DNA of 64,000 bases from Planctomycetota bacterium (GTDB lineage Bacteria; Planctomycetota; Uabimicrobiia; Uabimicrobiales; JABWCH01), in assembly GCA_017993505.1 (NCBI GenBank), contig JAGOMP010000005.1, positions 16,537-80,536 on the forward strand. The letters run 5' to 3'. Both the position numbers and the translations under genes were made by a program. This document shows, one piece after another, positions 44,313 to 53,601 of this stretch. The stretch's first letter is position 1. Each line of letters opens with the position of its first letter. Below the pieces are notes generated by a model. That model ran no database searches, was not told the origin of the DNA, and saw nothing but the letters and a program-made list of their open reading frames with translations.

Positions 44313-45539
44313 TTAAAACGCAATTCTACCTAACTCTAATACTCCTATAGCATCCCATGCTTTCGCAAAAAAAGTTTTATCACCTCTACAATGTGCCATA
44401 AAAATATCGAAAAGGGAAATAATACAAAAATTGTGTTGAATTGCAAATTCTATGAGAGAAGGTGAGCAAAATCGTTTGGGACGATAGGATGGTTTTTCAT
44501 AACGATGTGAATTGACAATTAAAAATCCTTTTGAATTTTGTGGTAATAACCTAGCTAATTTTTTACCAGACCATAATTTAGCTATTTCAGGAGTCACTAC
44601 AGGAAGACAAATGCCATGCTTTTCACCAGATATCAATTCTAAAGAATTATTTAATGGATAAACATCAACTCCCCATTGTGAAAAAATAGAAGCCAATGCA
44701 CTAGACATTCCATTAAATGTTCCACAAAATAAAGAATTTCGAATTTGAGATAAATAACCTAATCGTTCATGAACGAGTTCACATTCTTCTTCTAAAGCTT
44801 GAATTTCATTTTCTTTTTTTGTAAGAACATCTTCTAAATAAGAAGATTCTGGCAAAACATAAGAACTAATCCAAGACGGTTTGATTTCTTTTATAAGTTC
44901 TACAGAAGGCCAACATTCACTTTTTAAACCTTCGAAAATAGATTCAGTCAATGCTTTTACACGTTCCTCGCCTTTCCCAGGAGGTAAAAAAACAACTTTA
45001 CCATTTTTATAGGGAAGCATAAAGGAGGCAGCTTTATGAATTTGATTCACAGCCATAATATAAAAATTGCCTTTTGCAATGGCATGAATATATAACTGGC
45101 TTTTTTGAAAATACGTTGAAAAAGGAGAATCTAGACCATATTCTAAAACTTCAAGTTCACCATTGTTTTGGGGAGTAATTTTTAAGCGACTATCCATGCC
45201 TGCCCCTTCCCACAACCAATCGTAATTTCCAATTTGCAAATCCATTTGCGTATAGTGTTCTACTACACAGTATGGACGCAAATAAACAACAACAAGCCCT
45301 CCACGCTCTAAAAATTCATGAAACCAATTACGCCATTGATGTGTAATTTCACATAAATTAGCAAAATCATTTACTAATAATTTATCATCATGCATAGGAA
45401 ATACTTTCTCTAATGCGAAAACAGTAGGATCCACAGGATCAACTACAATGGCTTTAGGAAATTCTTTTGGAATGGTGGATAATTTTTTTCCTATCATAGC
45501 ATGAATACTTAGAATCTCGTCTCTCATTCTCAACTCCAA
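44313..45539 (-). CDS. Hypothetical protein (408 aa), no recognised family
   Basis: Long ORF on its own between convergent and tandem neighbours. Central coiled-coil KKENEIQALEEECELVHERL followed by a small alpha/beta-looking C-terminal region. Confidence 0.55.
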   Translation of the reverse strand: MELRMRDEILSIHAMIGKKLSTIPKEFPKAIVVDPVDPTVFALEKVFPMHDDKLLVNDFANLCEITHQWRNWFHEFLERGGLVVVYLRPYCVVEHYTQMDLQIGNYDWLWEGAGMDSRLKITPQNNGELEVLEYGLDSPFSTYFQKSQLYIHAIAKGNFYIMAVNQIHKAASFMLPYKNGKVVFLPPGKGEERVKALTESIFEGLKSECWPSVELIKEIKPSWISSYVLPESSYLEDVLTKKENEIQALEEECELVHERLGYLSQIRNSLFCGTFNGMSSALASIFSQWGVDVYPLNNSLELISGEKHGICLPVVTPEIAKLWSGKKLARLLPQNSKGFLIVNSHRYEKPSYRPKRFCSPSLIEFAIQHNFCIISLFDIFMAHCRGDKTFFAKAWDAIGVLELGRIAF

Positions 45540-45753
45540 AAAACTATGTAATATTTATCCTTTATAAAGTAATACTATATTAAGACAACCACCCATGACC
45601 TTGTTTAAGTCATGGGTTGATAACTTTCCATTTATAGTAACGGCTAAAGACATTGGTTTCTGATTACAGAAGGATTGTATTTATAAATATTTTACTTTAT
45701 AAAAAATTTAATCACAGATGAAATAGTTAAAATTTATTTATACCTTATTCATT

Positions 45754-48729
45754 TTATAAATTATTTATAAAAATTTGTTGATCTTGGTAAGGCAATCGTT
45801 TAATGTATCGGTTGAAAAAATTTTGCAATTCTGCTTGTGTTATATTTCCATAATACAGATCTTGTGATTTTTCTTTGGCAAGGCGTTGAATAGATTGTAT
45901 CCAAATACTTTGATATGCTTGTGGACCTTTTGGATAATTTGCTACAAAACCTTGACGAAATTGACTAATTTCAATGATAGATTTATAAAATAAGTCTTCT
46001 GTAATATAGTTTATTAAATGTTCTTGTGAACTTTTCCCAGTTTTTAATAAATTTGCCCAAGCTCTGCCATCAGCTTGAAGTGTATATATTATGTAGACTG
46101 TTGCAATACTATATAAATTAGCATAATCTGGCGAATATGCTGAAATTTGATATCGTCCAGACTGAAATCCTGCTTTAAATAATCCTGTTGATGAAATAGT
46201 TCCACCAGTTGCTTTCCATTGAATAGGAATTTGTATTTGTTGGTTTTGTAAATTCAAGGCTATAGCTTTAAATTGTACTTCTTCTCCCATAGATATTTGA
46301 GCAGTAACAGGCTGAACTAATATACGCATTGGTTTTTTTGCATTGTCTACTGACTGTGGTATATGAATCGGTGGCACGTATGCTTTATATCTTGTTATTA
46401 TATTCTCTGTAGGCTGTGTACTAGGAATTTCATATGGTTCTTTAGGAATTTCATATTCAGATTGCGGAGTTGTAGGTTTATCATATGCAGTTGTTTTTGA
46501 TATGTAACTATACGTTTCTTCTGAGATCTCTTTTTCTGTGATAATAATCGAAGTAGAATCTTTTCGATTGCTTCTTGTATCTACAATATTTAGCATAAAA
46601 GTGCCTGTTTGGGTGCCTGCTGTATATACTCCATTATCATCGATAGTACCTCCAGTAGCAGTCCATTGAATATGAACAGGAACAGGAGAGTTTCGATTAT
46701 ACCCTCTAATTTTAAATTTAATTTGTTGGTTAGGGCGAAGTTTAGGATGGCGTGGATCCATAGTTAATCTATCAGCAACTTTTTTATCTGTGTCTGTTTG
46801 CTTAGGTGGTATGGGATATTTTGGTGGAATAGGTTGTAATTGTTGAACATCCTGTAGCATATTTTTTTGAGGATCTTCTGATGTTACCATTGTATCTTTA
46901 TCGGTTGTAATATCAGCGACTTTATCTTTATCGGTTATAGTATCAACGACTTTGTCTTTATTTGTTGTAGTATCAACGATTTGTTCTTGCTCTGTTGGTA
47001 AGACCTCTACTTCAATAGTGTGGTGAATTTTTGTAAATTGGTCTTGGTGATAGGAAATTTTAATAACATCTTTTCCTGCTGTATCAGGTGCAATATATGT
47101 ACTACCTTTTATCTGACCTTTTTCTGCTACAATTGTAAATTCCCATTCCCATGTCCATTGTTCTCTATTATTTTTAAATAGTCTGATATCGATTTTTTGT
47201 TGTTGTTTTGGTTGAATTTGAATTTTTTCTGGAGTTGTCTGTATTGTGTACAGAATTTTTCGTTCTTTTATAAGAACTGGAATTTTTGTAGAAATATTTG
47301 TATTTTTATCGGTGACAGTGATCATATATTTTCCAGGAATATTTCCTGCATGGTAGTTATTATTGATATCTAATGTGCCACCTAGAAAATCCCACTTCCA
47401 ATTTCCTTTAACTGGATTATTTTTTTCATCTAATCCAATAATTTTAATAGGTTGAACAGTCCCACTCTCCATTTCAATGTTTTGTGGTTCTACTTGGATT
47501 TTAACAAGTTTTGGTATATATTTTTCTCGAACATGAACTATGGCTTTACATGTGGCCTCGCTATGGCGGACAATGATTTCATATGTTCCAGGTTCTTGAG
47601 GAGCCGTATATATAGTGTCTTCCATATTTCCTTGTGATACGATAAATGTATATTCCCATGGGAATCGCCATTCTTCTTTACCATTGTGATATAGGGCAAC
47701 TTCAAATCTAATTTTTTCATTCGGCTCTACTGTTACTTCGTGTGGTTTAACAACTAACTTATAAGCAGTTTCTGTAACAGGCTGTTCTACTGATTCTTCC
47801 ATTGGTTCTTCAATAGGCTGTTCCATTGGTTCTTCAATAGGCTCTTTCATTGGTTCTTCAACAGGCTGTTCCATTGGTTCTTCAACAGGCTGTTCTACTG
47901 ATTCTTCCATTGGTTCTTCAATAGGCTGTTCCATTGGTTCTTCAATAGGCTGTTCCATTGGTTCTTCAATAGGCTGTTCCATTGGTTCTTCAATAGGCTG
48001 TTCCATTGGTTCTTCAATAGGCTGTTCCATTGGTTCTGCAACTGGCTGTTCCATTGGTTCTGCAACTGGCTGTTCCATTGGTTCTGTAACAGGCTGTACT
48101 GGTTGTTCTACTGGCTCTTCCATTGGTTGTTCCATTGGTTGTTCCATTAGTTGTTCTTCTTTGAGTTGTTCTTCAAGTTGTTGTTCAGTTTGTTCTATAG
48201 ACTTTTGTTTTTCTTCTATAAATTTTAATTTTTTTTCTTCTATTCGTTTAAAGGCTATTTGTTTTTCTTGTTCAATGAGTTTTAGATTTTCTTGTTTTTG
48301 TTTTTCTAAGGCTTTTTGTAGCTCTATTTGTTTTTGTCGTTCTAGGGGAGTGAGGGGTCTTTTTTGTTGTAGTTCTCTTACTCGTTTTTCTTTTAGTCGT
48401 TGTTGTATGGCTTGTTGTCTTGTAAGTGGTTTTTCTTTCACAATGACAAGTGCTACTCCTCTATGCTCTTTGTATTGTGCATATACTTTATATGTGCCTG
48501 GTTTTTCTGGAGCAACAAATACATTGCCTGTGCATTCTCCTTCGGGTGCAGAAAATGTAAAGTCAAAAGGCCAAACAGGTTGTAATTCTCCATTTTCTTT
48601 ATAGGCAACAGTAAAAGCAACTTGATCTTGTGGATATACCTCTATTTTAGAAGGAGACAAAATTACTTGTCCTTGTATTATATTTAAAAAAATAGAAAAA
48701 TATATTAGATAGAGGATTTTTTGTCTCAT
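45754..48729 (-). CDS. Large secreted/surface protein with six Ig-like (Big_2-type) domains, coiled-coil, octapeptide and decapeptide repeat tracts, and an unknown C-terminal domain
   Basis: Signal/anchor LIYFSIFLNIIQGQ. Recurrent pattern x(V/I)xPxxxxxxxxxxxxFxxxx...W....GG.I...G.Y.A....G.Y six times. (MEQPIEEP)n repeats. Confidence 0.75.
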   Translation of the reverse strand: MRQKILYLIYFSIFLNIIQGQVILSPSKIEVYPQDQVAFTVAYKENGELQPVWPFDFTFSAPEGECTGNVFVAPEKPGTYKVYAQYKEHRGVALVIVKEKPLTRQQAIQQRLKEKRVRELQQKRPLTPLERQKQIELQKALEKQKQENLKLIEQEKQIAFKRIEEKKLKFIEEKQKSIEQTEQQLEEQLKEEQLMEQPMEQPMEEPVEQPVQPVTEPMEQPVAEPMEQPVAEPMEQPIEEPMEQPIEEPMEQPIEEPMEQPIEEPMEQPIEEPMEESVEQPVEEPMEQPVEEPMKEPIEEPMEQPIEEPMEESVEQPVTETAYKLVVKPHEVTVEPNEKIRFEVALYHNGKEEWRFPWEYTFIVSQGNMEDTIYTAPQEPGTYEIIVRHSEATCKAIVHVREKYIPKLVKIQVEPQNIEMESGTVQPIKIIGLDEKNNPVKGNWKWDFLGGTLDINNNYHAGNIPGKYMITVTDKNTNISTKIPVLIKERKILYTIQTTPEKIQIQPKQQQKIDIRLFKNNREQWTWEWEFTIVAEKGQIKGSTYIAPDTAGKDVIKISYHQDQFTKIHHTIEVEVLPTEQEQIVDTTTNKDKVVDTITDKDKVADITTDKDTMVTSEDPQKNMLQDVQQLQPIPPKYPIPPKQTDTDKKVADRLTMDPRHPKLRPNQQIKFKIRGYNRNSPVPVHIQWTATGGTIDDNGVYTAGTQTGTFMLNIVDTRSNRKDSTSIIITEKEISEETYSYISKTTAYDKPTTPQSEYEIPKEPYEIPSTQPTENIITRYKAYVPPIHIPQSVDNAKKPMRILVQPVTAQISMGEEVQFKAIALNLQNQQIQIPIQWKATGGTISSTGLFKAGFQSGRYQISAYSPDYANLYSIATVYIIYTLQADGRAWANLLKTGKSSQEHLINYITEDLFYKSIIEISQFRQGFVANYPKGPQAYQSIWIQSIQRLAKEKSQDLYYGNITQAELQNFFNRYIKRLPYQDQQIFINNL
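46891..46980. repeat. 3 x 30-bp coding tandem repeat (decapeptide VxDxTTDKDK)
   Basis: TGTATCTTTATCGGTTGTAATATCAGCGAC / TTTATCTTTATCGGTTATAGTATCAACGAC / TTTGTCTTTATTTGTTGTAGTATCAACGAT. Confidence 0.85.
47771..48150. repeat. About 16 x 24-bp coding tandem repeat (octapeptide MEQP[IV][EA]EP), central copies identical
   Basis: CCATTGGTTCTTCAATAGGCTGTT repeated head-to-tail. Flanking units diverge. Confidence 0.9.
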
Positions 48730-48871
48730 AATGTACTCCTTGTATTATATTATAAATGTTAATATAAATATATATTAATTATAAAGAAAAATTTTCATAA
48801 GTCAAAAAATTAAGAAAAGAAAAATTTTGAGAATATAAATTAATTTGATATAATAATTTATTATTTTAATT

Positions 48872-49819
48872 ATGATATTGTTTTACTGTTTGGGGAAGGC
48901 AATGCAAACACTGTCAAAGATGGCTCAACATGAGCAAATTCAAAATTTATTGGAACGTGGTGATGCTTTGGCATTGCAAGGTCAGTTTCAACAAGCAATT
49001 GAAATATGGACACAAATTTCTGATACAAAGTATCAAGATAAAGTTCAAGAAAGAGTTATGCAAGTTTCTGATTTAATCACAGAAGAAGCACAAATTGCTT
49101 TAGAAGAATCAAAATTGCATAAAGCACTTGATTTGATTCAAATTCCATTAATGTATTCAGATAATGAATTTTTACTACAAGTAAATCAAGACATTGCATC
49201 AGATATTGAACGTCGCATTGAACAAATCGAGCAAATTCGTCAAGAAGCACAAAAACATATGGCAAACCGTCAATTTAGACAAGCAGCAGAAACAATTGAT
49301 CGAGCATTAGACCTTTGTGTAGATGATGAAAACATTATGAAGGAAAAGGAAGAGTATCTTTCTGTGCAAAAAAGCGTGGAAGAAGATGAACATGAATATA
49401 TGGAATTATTAACTAGAATTCGTGAATTAGAAAAATTAGAAAATTATGAAGATGCACTCCATGCTTTAAAGTTGATTCGTGCGAAACTACCCATTTGGAA
49501 TTGTCTTGTTCAAAATCCTGCACCTGAAATTGAACGAATGACAAATTTGCTTATTTCTCAAAATTATTCCAAAAAGGCAAAAACAATTTTATTAAAAATT
49601 ATCAATTATTTAGAAAAGAATGACTTAAAAAAAGCTAATGATTTAATGCAAGATGCTGTTTTCTCATATACACTGATCCCTTCTGTACAGAAACATTACG
49701 ATTCTATAAAACTACTAATAGAACAGAAGCAACGTAAACAAAAAATATTCTGGATATGTATTGGAATTTTTAGCGGATTGGGCTTACTTTTTTTGTTAGC
49801 ATGGATTCTTTCCTTTTAA
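48872..49819 (+). CDS. TPR-like/helical protein with C-terminal TM anchor (hypothetical)
   Basis: Helical repeats. C-terminal IFWICIGIFSGLGLLFLLAWIL. Alternative start at ATG 48902. Confidence 0.55.
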   Translation: MILFYCLGKAMQTLSKMAQHEQIQNLLERGDALALQGQFQQAIEIWTQISDTKYQDKVQERVMQVSDLITEEAQIALEESKLHKALDLIQIPLMYSDNEFLLQVNQDIASDIERRIEQIEQIRQEAQKHMANRQFRQAAETIDRALDLCVDDENIMKEKEEYLSVQKSVEEDEHEYMELLTRIRELEKLENYEDALHALKLIRAKLPIWNCLVQNPAPEIERMTNLLISQNYSKKAKTILLKIINYLEKNDLKKANDLMQDAVFSYTLIPSVQKHYDSIKLLIEQKQRKQKIFWICIGIFSGLGLLFLLAWILSF

Positions 49820-49828
49820 AGGTTAATC

Positions 49829-51202
49829 ATGAAGATTGTACAAACTATAGCATATAAGATGATTCAAGAAGCATATAAAAATAAGGCAAATTTTGTTGTC
49901 TTGCTTCTATTGAATGTTTTTATTGTTCTTTTACCTATATTTTTACAAACTGACGACACTGCACAAGGTCAAATTAAACTTTTTTTGAATTATAGTTTGA
50001 TGTTTACTGGCTTTGTACTATATATGTGTACATTGTTTTTTACTTCCTCTTCTTTGGCAAATGAAATTCAACATAAACAAATTTATTTAATTGATGTCAA
50101 ACCTGTTCCTAGGTATCAATTTATTTTAGGAAAGTTTTTCGGCGTTGCATGTTTAAATATTATTTTTTTACTATGTACAAGTGTTGTGATTTTAGGAATG
50201 TTTGAAATTCTTCGAAGTGTAGATAAAACTCCAGAAGAACAAGCAAAAATACAAAAAAAAATTATCAATGTGTACCAAGAAGTGCCTCCTTTTGTAGACC
50301 AAAATAAATTAATACAACAAGTAAATCGAGAGTATCGGAGATTAGAAGCTGAAAATCGATTGCCTCAACAACCAGAACATGAAATTAAAGAAGCAATTTT
50401 ACAGGAAATTACAAATCTTTCTTTACTTGTACCAGTAGGAATGACTAAAACTTGGATATTTCAAGATATTCCATACCAAAATCTTAAAAAAGAGGATAAT
50501 TTATTACTGCGTTATAAACTTTTTACTTCAGAAGGAAATGAATTTAACATTATCCGTACGGAGTGGCAAATTGGCAAAGGTGCTAATCGTTTTTTTTATA
50601 CATCTGAAACTAAAATTGGTGAAATGGTTGAATTCTCTGTGCCAACATATGTTGTACAATCGAATAATCAAGTAGAAGTTCGTTTGACTCATAAAAATTT
50701 TGAGGATGGGATGATATATTTCCCTGCTAAAGAAGGAATTAATCTATATTATCCTATTGGAAGTTTTTATTCGAATTTTTTTAAAATTATTATTTCTATG
50801 TTTTTGATGAGTTGCTTTATTTCTGCACTTTGTTTATTTGGATGTACATTTTTGAATTTTCCTGTTGCTATTTTTTTAACATTGGTAGTTTTATTTTTAG
50901 GTCTTTTATCTGGCATATTTCAAGAATTGGTTCCTATGATTAAAAATTTAACACCAGATCAAGGCATAGGAAAAATGATAGTAGTTTGGTTGGCAAATTT
51001 TTCTTTAGATTTATCTCTCTTTTTAATTCCTAATTTTTCTTACCATGTGCCATTGGAAAAATTGTTCAGTGGCTGGTATATTAGTTGGAATCTGATTATA
51101 GATAATATTGTGTATATTGGTTTATTACGTACAGTTCTTTTTTTAGGATTGGCTTGTTGGATTTTTCAATATCGAGAAATTGGACGGCCTATTCATAGAT
51201 AG
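49829..51202 (+). CDS. Polytopic membrane protein, ABC-2-type permease-like
   Basis: N-terminal IAYKMIQEAYKNKANFVVLLLLNVF resembles ABC-2/GldF-type permease openings. Large extracytoplasmic loop, then about 4 C-terminal TMs. Confidence 0.45.
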   Translation: MKIVQTIAYKMIQEAYKNKANFVVLLLLNVFIVLLPIFLQTDDTAQGQIKLFLNYSLMFTGFVLYMCTLFFTSSSLANEIQHKQIYLIDVKPVPRYQFILGKFFGVACLNIIFLLCTSVVILGMFEILRSVDKTPEEQAKIQKKIINVYQEVPPFVDQNKLIQQVNREYRRLEAENRLPQQPEHEIKEAILQEITNLSLLVPVGMTKTWIFQDIPYQNLKKEDNLLLRYKLFTSEGNEFNIIRTEWQIGKGANRFFYTSETKIGEMVEFSVPTYVVQSNNQVEVRLTHKNFEDGMIYFPAKEGINLYYPIGSFYSNFFKIIISMFLMSCFISALCLFGCTFLNFPVAIFLTLVVLFLGLLSGIFQELVPMIKNLTPDQGIGKMIVVWLANFSLDLSLFLIPNFSYHVPLEKLFSGWYISWNLIIDNIVYIGLLRTVLFLGLACWIFQYREIGRPIHR

Positions 51203-51212
51203 GGGAAAAAAT

Positions 51213-51548
51213 ATGTCTTCTATAAAAGATGATATGATTCCAGATAAAACTATAGCAATTCCACAATTACAAAGGGATGAATTTTTTATTCCTAGAGTTT
51301 CTAAACGAACAACAAAAAAGGAAAAAACAGATCAAATTCAACAAATGTCGCAGGAAAATTTTTCAGATGATAAGAATAATAATAATAATAATCAGACCAC
51401 ACCTAGTAATCAACCTATATCTACTGTGCCATTTTCTCCTGACATGTTTATAAAAAAGAGAAAAATAGATAAAGATTTTGTAAAAAATGTAATAATTTCT
51501 ATTTTGATTGGTGCAGCTTTAATTTTATTCTTTTATTTGTTAATGTAA
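51213..51548 (+). CDS. Small tail-anchored protein (hypothetical)
   Basis: ATG 51213 preceded by AGGGGA (the track ORF starts at 51180 inside the upstream gene). N-rich linker. C-terminal TM IIISILIGAALILFFYLL. Confidence 0.5.
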   Translation: MSSIKDDMIPDKTIAIPQLQRDEFFIPRVSKRTTKKEKTDQIQQMSQENFSDDKNNNNNNQTTPSNQPISTVPFSPDMFIKKRKIDKDFVKNVIISILIGAALILFFYLLM

Positions 51549-51582
51549 AAAGACTAGTTTTAATATTCTAAAACTAGTCTTT

Positions 51583-52197
51583 TTACATAAAAATATAATA
51601 ATTTATACATTTTATCAAACATATAAAAATATTGCCTAAAGAATGGAATAATATAGGAATAAAAATGTTTTTGCTTTTTAAATATGACCAAGCTAAAACA
51701 TATCCAGCGATTATATTATCAGGACTAAGATTTTGGTATTGGTAGTGCAAAAATACAAAAATAGTACCACTTACAATAATTGTGGTAGTTTTATTCGTAT
51801 ATTGCAATATAGTAGTACAAAGTAAAGAACGATATAAAATTTCTTCGATAATAGGATATATCAAACATGTGGAAATTAGCCATGGTACTATTGGACTTTC
51901 TGATTGTAAAATAGATTGAAAATCAATGGATGGATCTACAAAATGTATAATGGTAAGAGTTACACATAGAAAAAATAATAAAAGTACTGCGATCTTAGGC
52001 GTTGTTTGAATCCAATATTTGATATTGGGTTGGATTTTTGTACTCCAACCATGCTGTTCTGGTATACATATATGAGTTTGCCAGACAATGATATAAAAGA
52101 TTGTAAAAGGAATAGTGCGTATAGCAGTATCCATGGAATGTAAAAATAATACATCTATAATTACAATCAAAATACTAGAAAGATGAAGATAATTCAT
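51583..52197 (-). CDS. CPBP-family (CAAX-type) intramembrane glutamic protease
   Basis: EEILYRS (EExxxR), FVFLHY, FHSLGN motifs in successive TM helices. Confidence 0.8.
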   Translation of the reverse strand: MNYLHLSSILIVIIDVLFLHSMDTAIRTIPFTIFYIIVWQTHICIPEQHGWSTKIQPNIKYWIQTTPKIAVLLLFFLCVTLTIIHFVDPSIDFQSILQSESPIVPWLISTCLIYPIIEEILYRSLLCTTILQYTNKTTTIIVSGTIFVFLHYQYQNLSPDNIIAGYVLAWSYLKSKNIFIPILFHSLGNIFICLIKCINYYIFM

Positions 52198-52268
52198 AAA
52201 ACTTCCTTATGTTTTTTTATATTATATCAATATATATTTTTTTTTCAATTTTTCAATGGAATATCTAA

Positions 52269-52838
52269 ATGAGTAAAAATCTTTGTATATATTGTTCCTC
52301 AAGTGAGAGATTAGATGATAAATATTATCAATTTGGTGAAGAATTCGGTGCAAGAATTGTGCAAGAAGGATATGAAATGGTTTATGGCGGAACTACTGTT
52401 GGCATTATGGGAGCTGTAGCCGGTTCTGTTTTAAAAAATCATGGAAAAGTCGTTGGCGTAGTCCCCAAAGGCATTTTTGATTCCTTACAACACTTTGAAC
52501 AAGCAGGCGTTATTGTCACAGATGACATGCGTACAAGAAAAGAGAAGATGGAAAAATTGGCAGATGCTTTTGTAGCTCTACCTGGCGGTTTTGGCACGTT
52601 AGAAGAAGTATTTGAAATCATTGTGCGAAAACAATTAGGGTATCATTCCAAAGCCATTGTTTTTATGAATTTTAATGAATTTTATGATGGCTTGCTAGAG
52701 ATGTTTGACAAAATTTATGAGGAAAAATTTGCTAAACATTGGATGCAAAATTTATATTTTATAGCAAATACTGTAGATGAGGTTTTTACATATTTAGATA
52801 ATTATGTAGAAATTCCCATTGAAAGAAAGTGGGATTAA
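52269..52838 (+). CDS. LOG-family (TIGR00730) nucleotide-binding / phosphoribohydrolase protein
   Basis: PGGFGTLEE motif. GGTTVGIMGAVA. 189 aa. Confidence 0.85.
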   Translation: MSKNLCIYCSSSERLDDKYYQFGEEFGARIVQEGYEMVYGGTTVGIMGAVAGSVLKNHGKVVGVVPKGIFDSLQHFEQAGVIVTDDMRTRKEKMEKLADAFVALPGGFGTLEEVFEIIVRKQLGYHSKAIVFMNFNEFYDGLLEMFDKIYEEKFAKHWMQNLYFIANTVDEVFTYLDNYVEIPIERKWD

Positions 52839-52898
52839 TGAAAAGCAAAAGTGTATTTTGCGATGGTTCTTGTTTCTTTCTTTTGAAAGGAGTAGATC

Positions 52899-53507
52899 AT
52901 GAGGTATTTTGTACTTATGTTAGTGTGCTGTTCTTTATTTATTTCTGCTACTGAAGTAAAATTCTCAGCAACTTATATAAATCAAGGCACAGGTGACAAT
53001 TGCAATTATGATTTAATCTTAAAAGATGGTAGTAAAATTAGCATTCAAAAGATTGGGTGCGGTCTCTGTAGCTGTGCTATGGGTGCAGAGATTCAATTTG
53101 GACTTAAATTTACAACACATGCCAAATTAAAAGCATTAGCTCAATATGCTATCAATAAAGGCTGGCTAACAAAAAATGGCATGGGCTATGCTGGAATTGA
53201 TAGTCTTTGGAAATATTTACGAAATTCTCGAGATGAAGAAGATCTTAAATTAGAAATGGTTGTTTTTTCTGATGAACAAGACAATCGTAGCGAACAAGAA
53301 TATGTCAAATCAAAATTATGGCAACGTGTTCCTGTGATTGTTCATCGTACTGGTCATTATTATTTATTGACAGGAATTAAAAAAGATAGTGCAGGTGTAA
53401 TCTATGTTTGGGTACAAGACCCAGGAGCACGTGCAAAATCAAATAAATGGACAAAGATTACTGCTATTTATGCAGAAGCTAAACATTATATTTTATTGAA
53501 AAAATAG
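52899..53507 (+). CDS. Secreted protein, possibly papain-like/C39-like cysteine peptidase
   Basis: Signal peptide. GCGLCSCAMG (Cys context like C39-type peptidases) and downstream HYYLLTG ... VQDP (His/Asp candidates). Pattern-level call only. Confidence 0.3.
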   Translation: MRYFVLMLVCCSLFISATEVKFSATYINQGTGDNCNYDLILKDGSKISIQKIGCGLCSCAMGAEIQFGLKFTTHAKLKALAQYAINKGWLTKNGMGYAGIDSLWKYLRNSRDEEDLKLEMVVFSDEQDNRSEQEYVKSKLWQRVPVIVHRTGHYYLLTGIKKDSAGVIYVWVQDPGARAKSNKWTKITAIYAEAKHYILLKK

Positions 53508-53534
53508 TTTTTTAGCTTTGTAAATATTAAAAAA

Positions 53535-53569
53535 AAAGCATTTTTGGAAAATCCAAAAGTGCTTTTTTT
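53535..53569 (+). terminator. Rho-independent terminator
   Basis: AAAGCATTTTTGG-AAAAT-CCAAAAGTGCTTT (one G-U pair), followed by TTTT. Confidence 0.75.
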
Positions 53570-53601
53570 AATTCTAAAATACTTTTTTTTAGGAAATTAT
53601 C

